Shown here piece by piece: positions 14,130-23,936 of a stretch of DNA of 45,101 bases (position 1 is the first letter of the stretch; every line of letters begins with the position of its first letter). Where the stretch lies: the NCBI GenBank assembly GCA_030141605.1, contig JAQGDQ010001352.1, positions 1 through 45,101 of the forward strand, given 5' to 3'. Below the pieces are notes generated by a model. It did no database searches and was not told where the DNA came from. It worked only from the letters and a program-made list of their open reading frames with translations. The translations under genes were made by a program, and so were the position numbers. The DNA is from Tubiluchus corallicola. Lineage: Eukaryota; Animalia; Priapulida.

Positions 14130-14630
14130 CGATAGAAAAGGAAGCAATCTGGGTTCCAAACATGCCGACAGTTTGGCATGGGACCCATTGAACGTGCCAT
14201 CTTTAGATGGGAAACCGGAAGTGGAAAAGGAAGGACTTTCGGTAATGGAGAAAGTAGTAAGTGTAAGAGACGACATCACTGAAGGGCAAGTAGAAGATAC
14301 TACCACCACTCATAACTCCAGATGAAGCACACTCTGGCACTACAAAATGTATGAGGAATGACAGTGACATCAAACAAGTAGAAGTAAATGAAAAGTCCAG
14401 GCACACAGAAAGTGAAGCGACATCCGGTGTCAAACAGTCAGACGCAAGTTCTAAGCCAGGGTCAGATAACGATGACAACGTACCTACCAATTAGAAAAAA
14501 TTGTAAAAAATTCAGCACTATCAGCAGTGCAAGAGCACAAACAGGCTGCAGGCTGGAGCAGCACCTTGTGGCATTAGTTGCAAATAAATAAGATTAGCGC
14601 CATGGTTAACGAGTATCCGCATTGCAACAA
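14130..14630 (+). mobile_element. Second, more decayed copy of the Gypsy acidic C-terminal tail and 3' UTR
   Basis: ADSLAWDPLNVPSL and TPDEAHSGTTKCMRNDS match ENLAWDPFDAPFL and LPEEAHSGTTKRTRSDS of ORF 477-1145. Downstream AACGAGTATCCGCATTG resembles the reverse complement of 438-455. Confidence 0.75.
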
Positions 14631-15315
14631 AAAAGGAGTACCGAAACAAGGTTAATAAAAATAAGAAATGTAAGAAATGTAACCTGTATACATAATGTGG
14701 TTAAGTGTAACACCAGTAAGTCTTGGCGAGTCAAAAACTTTCTCGTGTTTTTTTGCAAAAAATTAATGGTTTTCTAATGCGTTTTTAGCACAAGAACAGT
14801 TTTCCTGTTTTAACTCGCAGTGATTAAACTTTTGCTAGAACCTATAATCAAGACACCAAGATACAAATTTACCAGTGACCTTGCTGAAATGTTTTACAGA
14901 TGGGTTATTTAATTTCGCCAGCATTAGGATAAACATTAGCCCACCTTTCACATATTTATAATTAACTTTGTACATAACATATCACTAAGTTAACTGCATT
15001 GATAAAAGCACATCTATGAACAATGCCATTTTGAATTTCAATACGGCGTATTCATCTTTCTTTAATGAAAGAAGCAGCCACCCATAACTTGTATGCTTTT
15101 ACAATGCCTAATAGTGCTTGACTTTAGTCACTGAACCATGACCACTCTGCTGTTCCTAAGCTTAGCGCTATATTTTACTAAGTCTAAAGGCAATGGTCAA
15201 TACTTTCTTGTTTTTTTAATTTACTGCGCAGCAATATTCATTCACCTGTTTATAGTAATAGAAAATATCAGTTGTTTATAAGTGTTGTGCGCGTAAGAAG
15301 CGAACAAGTAACTTA

Positions 15316-16419
15316 ATGTTGGAAAATGTGCACAAGTGTCGTTGCCTCAAATTTCGCAAAAAAATGCAGTACACATTGAAAATAACATTCAAGGCATTTA
15401 TTATCATTTTGTCTTGTCCAATAATTATTTTAACGTTTGTTAGCGAATCTGTTAATCCGAACGAAAACATTAAAATTGTTTACAATACTGTTTCCCACAT
15501 ACAAGTTGATCCATATTGTCTAAATGTGATAGATTTTCACTTGACCTTAACAGTTATAGCTTTCAACAGGAGTGATTCAGTTAATAGATTATTACAGTCT
15601 CTTGAAGCAGCTGAGTATATGGGCGATTCGGTTTCATTAGAAATCTGGATAGATGGCCCGGAGATGGCTGCCCAAAAAACTGTAAAAGTGGTGCAAGATT
15701 TTAATTGGAGCCATGGACAGAAACGATTACACATGAGAATCAGACATGTAGGACCTTACACACAGTGGTATGATACATGGACGCCTGATCTTCAGGAAAC
15801 TGGAAAATATGGTCTTATTCTAGAAGACGATTGTGAGGTTTCTCCTCATTATTACAAATGGCTTAAGTCAGCAATTTATGTGTATAAAGACTTGAAAGAT
15901 CTAGGTAGCATTACTTTGTATCGTGGTAGATTTGCAGTAAAACCAGGAGTAGACAGAGATGTTCTCTGCCCAACGTGTACAGATAGTGTATTTCTTTATC
16001 CAAAGTTCAGTACGTGGGCTTGTTCACCAGTGCCAAGAGTGTGGGCGGAGTTTAGGCAATGGTACTCAACAGTAAAAAACGATGAAAACTTTATTCCTCT
16101 GATTCCTGGTGATGAGAATCTCGTGATAAATGGATGGATACGTCACTTTCATCCAATGAAGAAAATGAATTCGGCGTACTTTCATCATTACTGTGGCAAG
16201 CATCAGCTTTATACTATATATCCTAATTTGCCAAATAAACTAAGTTTTGTTTGTAATCACAGAGAACTTGGACTTCATTATGTCAAAGCGTATAGACGTT
16301 TGGGAATTTGTATATATGACTTGGTTAAAACGTGGGACAATAGTTATACCAATTTTCCTATAAATCCAAAACGAATTCATTGGGATGGTTACCCGGAAGG
16401 CAGGTTTCTCATGGTTTAA
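15316..16419 (+). CDS. Intronless type II membrane GT-A-fold glycosyltransferase-like protein (367 aa)
   Basis: N-terminal hydrophobic anchor (AFIIILSCPIIILTFV), then VIAFNRSDSVNRLLQSL, LEIWIDG, FNWSHGQK, QWYDTW and LILEDDCEVSPHYYKWL (EDD = DxD-like). These motifs resemble a GT2-like family common in plants, algae and fungi. Uninterrupted ORF; AATAAA at ~16618. Start could instead be ATG 15364. Confidence 0.8.
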   Translation: MLENVHKCRCLKFRKKMQYTLKITFKAFIIILSCPIIILTFVSESVNPNENIKIVYNTVSHIQVDPYCLNVIDFHLTLTVIAFNRSDSVNRLLQSLEAAEYMGDSVSLEIWIDGPEMAAQKTVKVVQDFNWSHGQKRLHMRIRHVGPYTQWYDTWTPDLQETGKYGLILEDDCEVSPHYYKWLKSAIYVYKDLKDLGSITLYRGRFAVKPGVDRDVLCPTCTDSVFLYPKFSTWACSPVPRVWAEFRQWYSTVKNDENFIPLIPGDENLVINGWIRHFHPMKKMNSAYFHHYCGKHQLYTIYPNLPNKLSFVCNHRELGLHYVKAYRRLGICIYDLVKTWDNSYTNFPINPKRIHWDGYPEGRFLMV

Positions 16420-17589
16420 CGTAAAAAAATTGATTGAAATATTGATTGAAAAAGCTAGTGACTAAATGTTTAAATGACAAAATGCTTTAACATTTTTTCA
16501 AATGACACTTGACTCGACACAGTTGTGCAAACTAGTTGGAAAAAATTATAATTGAATTTTAATTTATTTATTTTAATGTAGCATTTTGATTGAGTGTATG
16601 ATTCATATTTTGTTATGAATAAATTTTGGAATATGGATTTCAGTGTATATTAATTGGGTTTATCAGAACCAGATTAAGATGATAAACTCGCTCCTCCCTG
16701 ATTTTGTTATGGAAATTCATATAATTTCATTAAGGGACTCATCCAGCTTGTAGCTTGAATTTAATGAGTTGGAAAAGTGAAACCGACAAACTGAGATGTC
16801 GCAAGTTAAGTTCAAGAGTTTAGATTTAATAAGCAGAATTGTCGCAATGTAGTGAAACTGACAGGTGCAGAATTCAAAGAGACGCTGTTTACTAGCAGCG
16901 TGCACGCCAATTAGAAAACAAGAGAATAAGGTCAGTAGTAACCGTTTGTCACGTGCCGAGGAAGAAATCAAAAGCGGCAAATCCAGTAGCAGCAATTATT
17001 GATCATACAGTTAGAAATCGAAAGTATTATCCGCTGTCCAGGAGGTAAGATGGCCCGAGATGGTGCAATACTCAATATTTGCTTTATAAGCTTGAAGAAA
17101 GTTCAAGCCACACACACAACGAGGGAGAGTCACACACACAACGAAGGAGAGTCACAGAGACGACGTGGAGGAGAGACTGACAGTGGTTGCCGATACATTG
17201 TTGTTGTGTCCGAGGCATATTCTGCAAGACGTCAGAAATATCGTTAGTCCAGTGTTGGGAATAAATTTATAAATCGATAATTTGGTAATAAATCTCATGC
17301 CTCCCTGATTTTATAAAATAAATTTATTGATCGATATAAGAACTCATCGGCCCAGGAAGAGTAGTAGGCCCGAGGAGGCCGCAGGAAAACTATTAGGCTC
17401 CCAACGGGTCGTCTCGCCCGTCAGGAGCCAACCTTTTGTAACGGAGATAAGCAGCGTTGTAAATAATAAAATTGTGAATAAAGATAGTGTATGCAATAAT
17501 TGTAGTAATATGACTAGCAATAAAAAGGGCCGTGATGCGCATAGAGGGTGCCAATGTAATTTAAGGGTGTCAGGGATAATTGGGATGCA

Positions 17590-18759
17590 GTGAGTGCGTT
17601 CCGAACTCACAGCTCAACAGGCTGGCAGGAACCATTGGTTACCCAGCCGACCTGTTTGGTTGAATTAAATGTTAGGCCTACACGTATGCTGATCGACACG
17701 GGTGCAGCGACCTCATGTGTGTCGTTAGCATTATATAAATGTCTAGGAATGGGACCTTGTAAAGCAAGTAGCGTGACTTTGAAGGATGCCTCAGGCACAG
17801 TCATGCCAGTAATTGGGTCAAGAGATATTGAAACGAAGTTTAGTGACAGCAAAGTTAGAATTAAGTATCAAATCGTCCGAGTGCAGCAGAATGCCATTTT
17901 AGGCATTGATGCGCTTCAAGCAATGAATGCCTCGGTAGATTGTGGTAGGAAATTGATGATTATTGGTAAAAAGGCCCACCTTCTTGCTTTAGATCGAGTG
18001 AGTGAGAAAGAACTCGATGTTCTCCTCGCCGATGAGAACACTCTAATCCCCAGTAACAGTGAGGTAGTGATGCGTACTCGGATTAAGAGGGATAGGCCAA
18101 ATGGACAACTCCTGTGTGTGGAGATGGCGGAACATGCGCACGTGTTTAAGAATCGCCCGGACGTTGGGTTCGAGGCCGGTTTAGTGGAAGTAGAAGAAGG
18201 GCGTAGGAGCTCAGTACTCATACGAAATAATTCATGTAGGCCCATAAGAATTAGGAAGAATTGCGTGATTGGCACCGCGCAAGAAACTAGCGTATTGAAC
18301 GTACATGCAATAGCGCTAGCAAGTAAGTGGAACAATAAAAGCGGCTCGAGAAAAAATTATGGCGTAACTAGTCAACGAAAGTTTCGAGATGATAACCTTC
18401 ACTGCATGCCCGCACGGAACAAGGGGATTCTGCAGGTTCCCCAGGTCCCTAATGACCGACGATTAGCGGTGAATGCGATGACTCGCGGCAAGATGCATAA
18501 TGATAGAGTGCGCAGTAGGGCAGCAGGTAATTATCCACAAGAATGTGGACTTAAAGTTCAGTACGATGATAGGGGCGGAATGTTTATGGAACTCCGGGAT
18601 ATAGAAGGCCCCTCGCCAAGCGTTTCAGGCCGTTTCAGAGCTGAACTTGTATCAGAACCCGAAATCTCACAAGAAGGAGAAGATCTTAGTAGGAGGGGCC
18701 AGGAGGGGTCAACTCCTGTGCTTACCTCTTTGCCAGGGGCAACGTTAAGTCAAGGGCAA
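17590..18759 (+). mobile_element. Internally deleted Gypsy element: aspartic protease joined to linker and acidic tail, truncated by the BEL element
   Basis: MLIDTGAATSCVS and AILGIDAL (retropepsin); post-protease IPSNSEVV...IRKNCVIG region; terminal VSEPEISQEG...GATLSQG matches ORF 477-1145. No RT, RNaseH or integrase in between. Confidence 0.8.
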
Positions 18760-19181
18760 TGTTAAGCACATACACGTTTCCCTACCTATTAAATGTGGTC
18801 TTGCCCCTTTAACTGTCATCAGTCATGTGACCAGGTAGTTGGCCAGGTAGACATTACCTGACATGCAATTCAATTGATATGATGTGAATGTTGTAGTTGA
18901 TTTCTTATTGTTTTTTCTTGCAAGTTATAAGTGCCAAAACTCAGGGAGACCACATGTAAGTGTCTAATTATGTTTATTGAACTACTTTATGCTATTAGAA
19001 CAATTTAGCTGTCATTTTTTTGTACAATTATAGACGATAATCACGTTAGCTAATTTCGTAATGTACCTTTATCAAACTTATCTTTTTCATTGAAAACTTA
19101 TTGCTGTAATTTATTATTACAGATAAAACGACAATTGCTGCATGTTAAACATTTGATGTTCTGGAGTTTAAATGTAGTACA
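18760..19181 (+). repeat. 5' LTR (422 bp)
   Basis: TGTTAAGCACA...TGTAGTACA; identical to 26080-26501 except at 2 positions (18795 G/T, 18895 A/T). Confidence 0.97.
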
Positions 19182-19435
19182 GTTTTATATGCCTCGCCGG
19201 GAGTTTCATGTTGCCATTAAGCAGTGACCTTGATTCAGGTGCAGGAAGTTTGACATGCTTACCTGATAGCTTTGCTCATTATGGGCTTCTACAGCGTAGC
19301 TGGTTTCTACAGGTAAAGCGGCATGAACTCTGTGAACTTGGACGCGTCAGCTAATGGGCAATAGATGGCGCTTCGGTCTTGAAAAGTGATCCTAATTTTT
19401 TTGCAAAATTGACACTAAGAGCAATTTAATTTCAA

Positions 19436-20506
19436 TTGAAAATGGCATCAGCGTTATTCACTAAAAGCGAACTGGAAAATAAAGTAGTTGAGGAGCTGAG
19501 GCAAATTCTTCGTAGTATGTCTTTGTCGGTTTCTGGCAACAAGGCAAATTTAGTACAACGAATTTTGAAGCAACAGGAAACCGGTCCTTGTATACCAGGC
19601 GCTCCAGATGAATCAGCTGATTTATCGCCACCCTCAATAGCAACTGACCAACCCATGCAAGAGAAACGTAGGAGCGAAAAGTCCACCAAATCCTCGAGTG
19701 TGACGTCATCGAAGAAGAGTGCCAAGCTAAGAAACCAAGAGCTCATGATTAAAGAACAAGAACTCAAACTCCAAGCGATGAGAATACGACATGAACGCAT
19801 GCAGAATGAGTGTAGTTCTGAGGATGAACGTGATGAAGACTGCTTTGGTTCTGCAGCTGATGTTGAGACCAGGTTAGTGGACCATGGAACATCAGACTCA
19901 AAGGTCAAAGCATGGCTAAGGTCAAGGTCAACATACACGGATCCGACAGTTAAACATACACAAACTACACGCGAAAGCGATGAGAATTACTTGTCTGAGG
20001 CCTTTGTTACTTTAGCAACTACTGATAAGTATGCGTTGGGAGCACTTGTTCTTGCTTCTAGTTTGCGTCGCACAGGAACAATGAGATGCTTAGTCATCAT
20101 GGTAACAGAGGGTATTTCTTGTGATATTATGACACTTTTGAGAAATGCATTTGATTTGGTTGAACATGTCAGTATTATTGATAGTCATGAGTTTAAAAGG
20201 TTACAATTGTTAGGAAGACCAGAACTTAATGTGAGTTTTACTAAGCTACATTGTTGGAGGTTGACACAATTTAGCAAATGTGTATTTGTAGATTCTGATA
20301 CAATTGTATTAGATAATGTTGATGACATGTTTAGATTTAAAGAGCTTTCAGCTGCCCCTGATGTAGGCTGGCCAGATTGCTTTAACTCTGGTGTGTTTGT
20401 TTACAAACCAAGTATTGATATGTATAATAAGTTAATGTTGTATGCTAAATCAGAATCCTGTACTTTTGATGGTGGGGACCAAGGATTATTGAATCAGTTT
20501 CTTTAA
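19436..20506 (+). CDS. BEL polyprotein part 1: SAP motif, low-complexity/coiled-coil linker, N-terminal part of glycogenin domain
   Basis: SAP-like LENKVVEELRQILRSMSLSVSGNKANLVQRIL; glycogenin AFVTLATTDKYALGALVL, RPELNVSFTKLHCW, KCVFVDSD, ELSAAPDVGWPDCFNSGVFV, FDGGDQGLLN. Probable ATG at 19442. Ends at a 1-nt frameshift (~20500). Confidence 0.9.
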   Translation: MKMASALFTKSELENKVVEELRQILRSMSLSVSGNKANLVQRILKQQETGPCIPGAPDESADLSPPSIATDQPMQEKRRSEKSTKSSSVTSSKKSAKLRNQELMIKEQELKLQAMRIRHERMQNECSSEDERDEDCFGSAADVETRLVDHGTSDSKVKAWLRSRSTYTDPTVKHTQTTRESDENYLSEAFVTLATTDKYALGALVLASSLRRTGTMRCLVIMVTEGISCDIMTLLRNAFDLVEHVSIIDSHEFKRLQLLGRPELNVSFTKLHCWRLTQFSKCVFVDSDTIVLDNVDDMFRFKELSAAPDVGWPDCFNSGVFVYKPSIDMYNKLMLYAKSESCTFDGGDQGLLNQFL

Positions 20507-20771
20507 AGACTGGTCAACTAGTTATGAAAAACATTTGCCATTCACTTATAATGCTGTCATTCAGGGTCGGTACGGATATTTACCAGCTTTAATGCAATTT
20601 GGGAAAAATGTAAAAATTGCTCATTTTTTAGGTCAACATAAACCATGGCACTATATTGAACACGATTCGCATACAGCTCACGTGGCGCCACCTGTTGGCA
20701 AAAAAGGTTATGAATTCGACATAATGAACAAGTGGATACAGATCTTTGATACTGACGTTAGGCCACTGCTG
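19994..20771 (+). other. Captured glycogenin (GT8) catalytic domain, intronless
   Basis: Colinear with human glycogenin-1 from AFVTL to WWNIFTTNVLPLL (here WIQIFDTDVRPLL) once one extra T at 20498-20500 is removed (NQFFKDWSTSYEKHLPFTYN). Confidence 0.95.
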
Positions 20772-23700
20772 GAAAACAAAAATATTCGTTTGCCTATGCA
20801 GCATCCAAGTTCTGGAAATCAGTGTCTGAATGCATCAGCGTCTGCTTTTATTCCACTAGCGCATGGCAGTAATATACCGCGCGAGAATAGTTATGCCTTT
20901 AATTCTACTCAACCTACCATTTGTACTGATAATTTAAGCGACATGCCTAATCAATGCCATCCACAGAGCAATGACATGGCTATGATTATGAACATCATGC
21001 TTGAAGCACAACGTCAACATACCAACATGTACAAAGCAATGCAACTTCCAATAGCGGAGTTGGACAAATTTGATGGTAACGTTCTAAACTTTTGGCAATT
21101 CATGCGACGTTTTGAAGCCAACGTCGAGAGCTACACACAAGATGAGGCTGCAAGGTTTCAGAGATTAATGCAATTTTGCACTGGAAAAGCCAAAAAAGTT
21201 GTGGAAAGTTGTAGCTACATGGACCCCAGTCGAGCATACAAGCATGCAAAGCAGTTACTCATCGACAGGTTCGGCTCTTCGTTTATGGTTACTCAGGCTT
21301 GGATGTCAAAAATAATCGAGTTTGACCAAATCAAGGCCAATGACAACGAGAAGCTGCGAGAATTTGCTGACTTGCTTTTAAGCTGTGTCGAGACGTTGAA
21401 AGCAATGAATAATCTCAGCGAAATTAATACACAGACAAGTCTCGTTCAGATTGTTAAAAAACTGCCATACAAATTCCATGATAAATGGAAAGACGTGGTG
21501 TCCAGGATAGCAAAACATGAAATCAGAAACCCATGTATTTATGATTTGCTAACATTCATTCAGGAAAATGCTGAAAAAATGAACCACCCTGTGTATGGTA
21601 GCCTCGGCGATTGGGAAAAACCTAAACGAAGCATCTCTGCCAAAAATTATGCCACCTCTGCTAAAGCACCTCAAGTTCAAGCAAACAATGGCAAGGCGAA
21701 AACAAATCAAGAAAAGCCGCAAACCAAAAGCGCCCAATTTTGCAAGAAAGTTTGCATATTTTGCAGCTCAAAGGAGCATTCTTCTCTTGGACAGTGTGAA
21801 GCTTTTGCAGCTATGGACACCCCAGCTAAGTTGATGTTCGTGCGTAAGGAATGCCTCTGCTTTAATTGTTTAGCGAAAGGAAAACATAGAGCAGCTAGAT
21901 GTTTCAAACCGTCTTGTAGTGTTAATGAATGCAACAAGAAGCATTCAGCTTTATTGCACGATGCAGTGGGGAGGCTGAGCAGTTCTTCTTCAGATGTTAA
22001 TAGGCTTGCCAGGGATGAGCAGCAAAGAAAAGACGAGACTGAAGCTACAAGCTGTGCAAATAGGGGCAGTTCTAAAGGAAAGAGGATAGCATTGCCTATG
22101 GTCAAAGTTCAAGTACATGTACATGGAAGAAAGCCAGTTGAAGCCATGGCTCTGTTAGATCCTGGATCTACAAACACGTTTTGTTCCAGGAAGCTGTTTG
22201 ACAGCATAGGTGCTGAAGGAAAAGAGGATGTTCTTACCCTAACCACAATCGAGAAACGCCAAAGTAAAGCAGACACTTTAGTTACAAGTTTCGTTGTTAC
22301 GGACAGCATTGGTGAAAACAGAATCTTGTTGCCTCATGTTTTTGTTCGACAGTCACTGATGCTAGATACAGAATGCTTGGCATCAGTTGCAGATGTTCAA
22401 AAATGGCCGCACTTGAAAGAGATAGCGTCATCTTTAGTTGAGTATCACGGACAAGATGAAGACCTAAGCTTACTAATCGGTCTTGACGTACCTGATGCCT
22501 TGGCCCCTCTGCAAGTTAGACGTGGTCCTGTAAACGCTCCTTATGCTGTTAAGACGAAGCTGGGATGGACGTTGAATGGGCCTATAGCGGGCAGCAAAGT
22601 ACACAACGTGTCAGTAAATAATTATGTTCTGGTCAAAGAGTCTTCTGAAGCCAAAACAGATGTCTTGCAGCAGCAAGTCGAGAGATTTTGGAAAATAGAT
22701 TCTGTTTTGGATGATGAGCAGTATTCTAGAGAAGAGATGATGGTCATCGATATTTGGGAAAGCTCAATAACCAGAAGAGACGGCCACTATGAGTTAGAAA
22801 TACCATTTAAAGGCAAACATAATGTTATTCCTGATAGCTTTCAGATGGCAGCAAAACGGCTCAATGGACTCAGAAGAAAATTCACCAAGAATCCCATTCT
22901 TCATCAAAAGTACACTGACGGAATCAACGATTTGCTAAACAAGGGTCATGCAGAGCTAGTGGAAGAACAATCAGCAAGTACTCCTACACATCTGACTTGG
23001 TATCTTCCTTACTTCCCAGTCTTTAACGAAAATAAACCAGATAAAACCCGTATTGTTTTTGATTGCGGTGCAGAGTGCGAAGGTATCTCACTGAACAAAT
23101 TGGCTTTGCAAGGTCCTGACCTTACGAATAATTTGGTTGGTGTCCTCTTGCGATTTAGGCAGTATCCAGTTGCCGTGCTAGCAGATATACGTGAGATGTA
23201 TCACCAAGTGTTTGTTTCGCCCAAGCATAGAGATATGCTGAGGTTCATTTGGTGGCCTGAGGGACGAATTGACCAGCCTCTTCAGATACTTAGAATGACC
23301 GTGCACCTTTTTGGAGGGGCTTGGTCCCCCAGTGCGGCGTCATTTGCCTTGAAACGCACTGCATTGGACTACCAATACAGCTTTGATAAAGAAACGGTAG
23401 CAACTGTGCTTTACAATTTTTATGTGGATGACTGCCTAAAGTCATTCGAAAATGTAGAGCAAGCATTGAAGCTAATTACTCAGCTAAAGCTGCTTTTGCA
23501 GAAGGGTGGATTTTGTTTGACGAAATGGATGTCAAATGATAAACGTGTTCTCGACACTATCCCAATTGAAGATAGGGGAAAAGGTGTTAAAGATCTAAAC
23601 TTGTCACATGACACACTGCCGAATGAGCGTGCCTTGGGGATAAGTTGGCAGATGGAGGCTGATACGCTAGGCGTCCATGTAAAACAAAATGAGCATCCCA

Positions 23701-23936
23701 ATACAAAGCGTGGATTGCTTAGTTCTCTTTCCAGTATCTATGATCCCCTTGGAATGTGTGGCCCATTTGTTCTGCAAGGAAAGAAACTGTTTCAAGAAGA
23801 ATGTCGTTTACCAGACAAAACGTGGGATAGCAAGTTGGACGGCGCCATTGAGAAGAAATGGAAACAATGGAAAGACGAAAGCACACTGTTAACAGATTTC
23901 AAGATTGAGAGGTCATTCATGAGTTTGGTAAGGTGA
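20499..23936 (+). CDS. BEL polyprotein part 2: rest of glycogenin domain, DUF1759 Gag, three Cys/His knuckles, protease, reverse transcriptase
   Basis: KHLPFTYN..RYGYLPA..AHFLGQHKPW; LDKFDGNVLNFWQF; CIFC..H..C, CFNCL..H..C, CSVNECNKKHSALLH; LLDPGSTNTF; ADIREMYHQV, HLFGGAWSP, FYVDDCL. Confidence 0.95.
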   Translation, partial: FFKDWSTSYEKHLPFTYNAVIQGRYGYLPALMQFGKNVKIAHFLGQHKPWHYIEHDSHTAHVAPPVGKKGYEFDIMNKWIQIFDTDVRPLLENKNIRLPMQHPSSGNQCLNASASAFIPLAHGSNIPRENSYAFNSTQPTICTDNLSDMPNQCHPQSNDMAMIMNIMLEAQRQHTNMYKAMQLPIAELDKFDGNVLNFWQFMRRFEANVESYTQDEAARFQRLMQFCTGKAKKVVESCSYMDPSRAYKHAKQLLIDRFGSSFMVTQAWMSKIIEFDQIKANDNEKLREFADLLLSCVETLKAMNNLSEINTQTSLVQIVKKLPYKFHDKWKDVVSRIAKHEIRNPCIYDLLTFIQENAEKMNHPVYGSLGDWEKPKRSISAKNYATSAKAPQVQANNGKAKTNQEKPQTKSAQFCKKVCIFCSSKEHSSLGQCEAFAAMDTPAKLMFVRKECLCFNCLAKGKHRAARCFKPSCSVNECNKKHSALLHDAVGRLSSSSSDVNRLARDEQQRKDETEATSCANRGSSKGKRIALPMVKVQVHVHGRKPVEAMALLDPGSTNTFCSRKLFDSIGAEGKEDVLTLTTIEKRQSKADTLVTSFVVTDSIGENRILLPHVFVRQSLMLDTECLASVADVQKWPHLKEIASSLVEYHGQDEDLSLLIGLDVPDALAPLQVRRGPVNAPYAVKTKLGWTLNGPIAGSKVHNVSVNNYVLVKESSEAKTDVLQQQVERFWKIDSVLDDEQYSREEMMVIDIWESSITRRDGHYELEIPFKGKHNVIPDSFQMAAKRLNGLRRKFTKNPILHQKYTDGINDLLNKGHAELVEEQSASTPTHLTWYLPYFPVFNENKPDKTRIVFDCGAECEGISLNKLALQGPDLTNNLVGVLLRFRQYPVAVLADIREMYHQVFVSPKHRDMLRFIWWPEGRIDQPLQILRMTVHLFGGAWSPSAASFALKRTALDYQYSFDKETVATVLYNFYVDDCLKSFENVEQALKLITQLKLLLQKGGFCLTKWMSNDKRVLDTIPIEDRGKGVKDLNLSHDTLPNERALGISWQMEADTLGVHVKQNEHPNTKRGLLSSLSSIYDPLGMCGPFVLQGKKLFQEECRLPDKTWDSKLDGAIEKKWKQWKDESTLLTDFKIERSFMSLVR

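Noticed and set aside
17030-17300. LTR and PBS for the Gypsy protease fragment
   Set aside because: AATAAA followed by TTTGGT is suggestive, but there is no second copy in the window to define an LTR.
20501-20507. Programmed +1 frameshift as the gag/pol switch
   Set aside because: It falls mid-domain and upstream of the capsid and knuckle region; BEL elements usually have a single ORF, and a one-base indel explains it.
19994-20771. Host glycogenin gene interrupted by a transposon
   Set aside because: The domain lies wholly between the two LTRs, is intronless, lacks its own start and C-terminal tail, and is in frame with Gag on both sides.
15316-20771. Two glycosyltransferases as one functional cluster or one element
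   Set aside because: The GT-A gene lies outside the LTRs and is separated by a Gypsy fragment; nothing but proximity links them.
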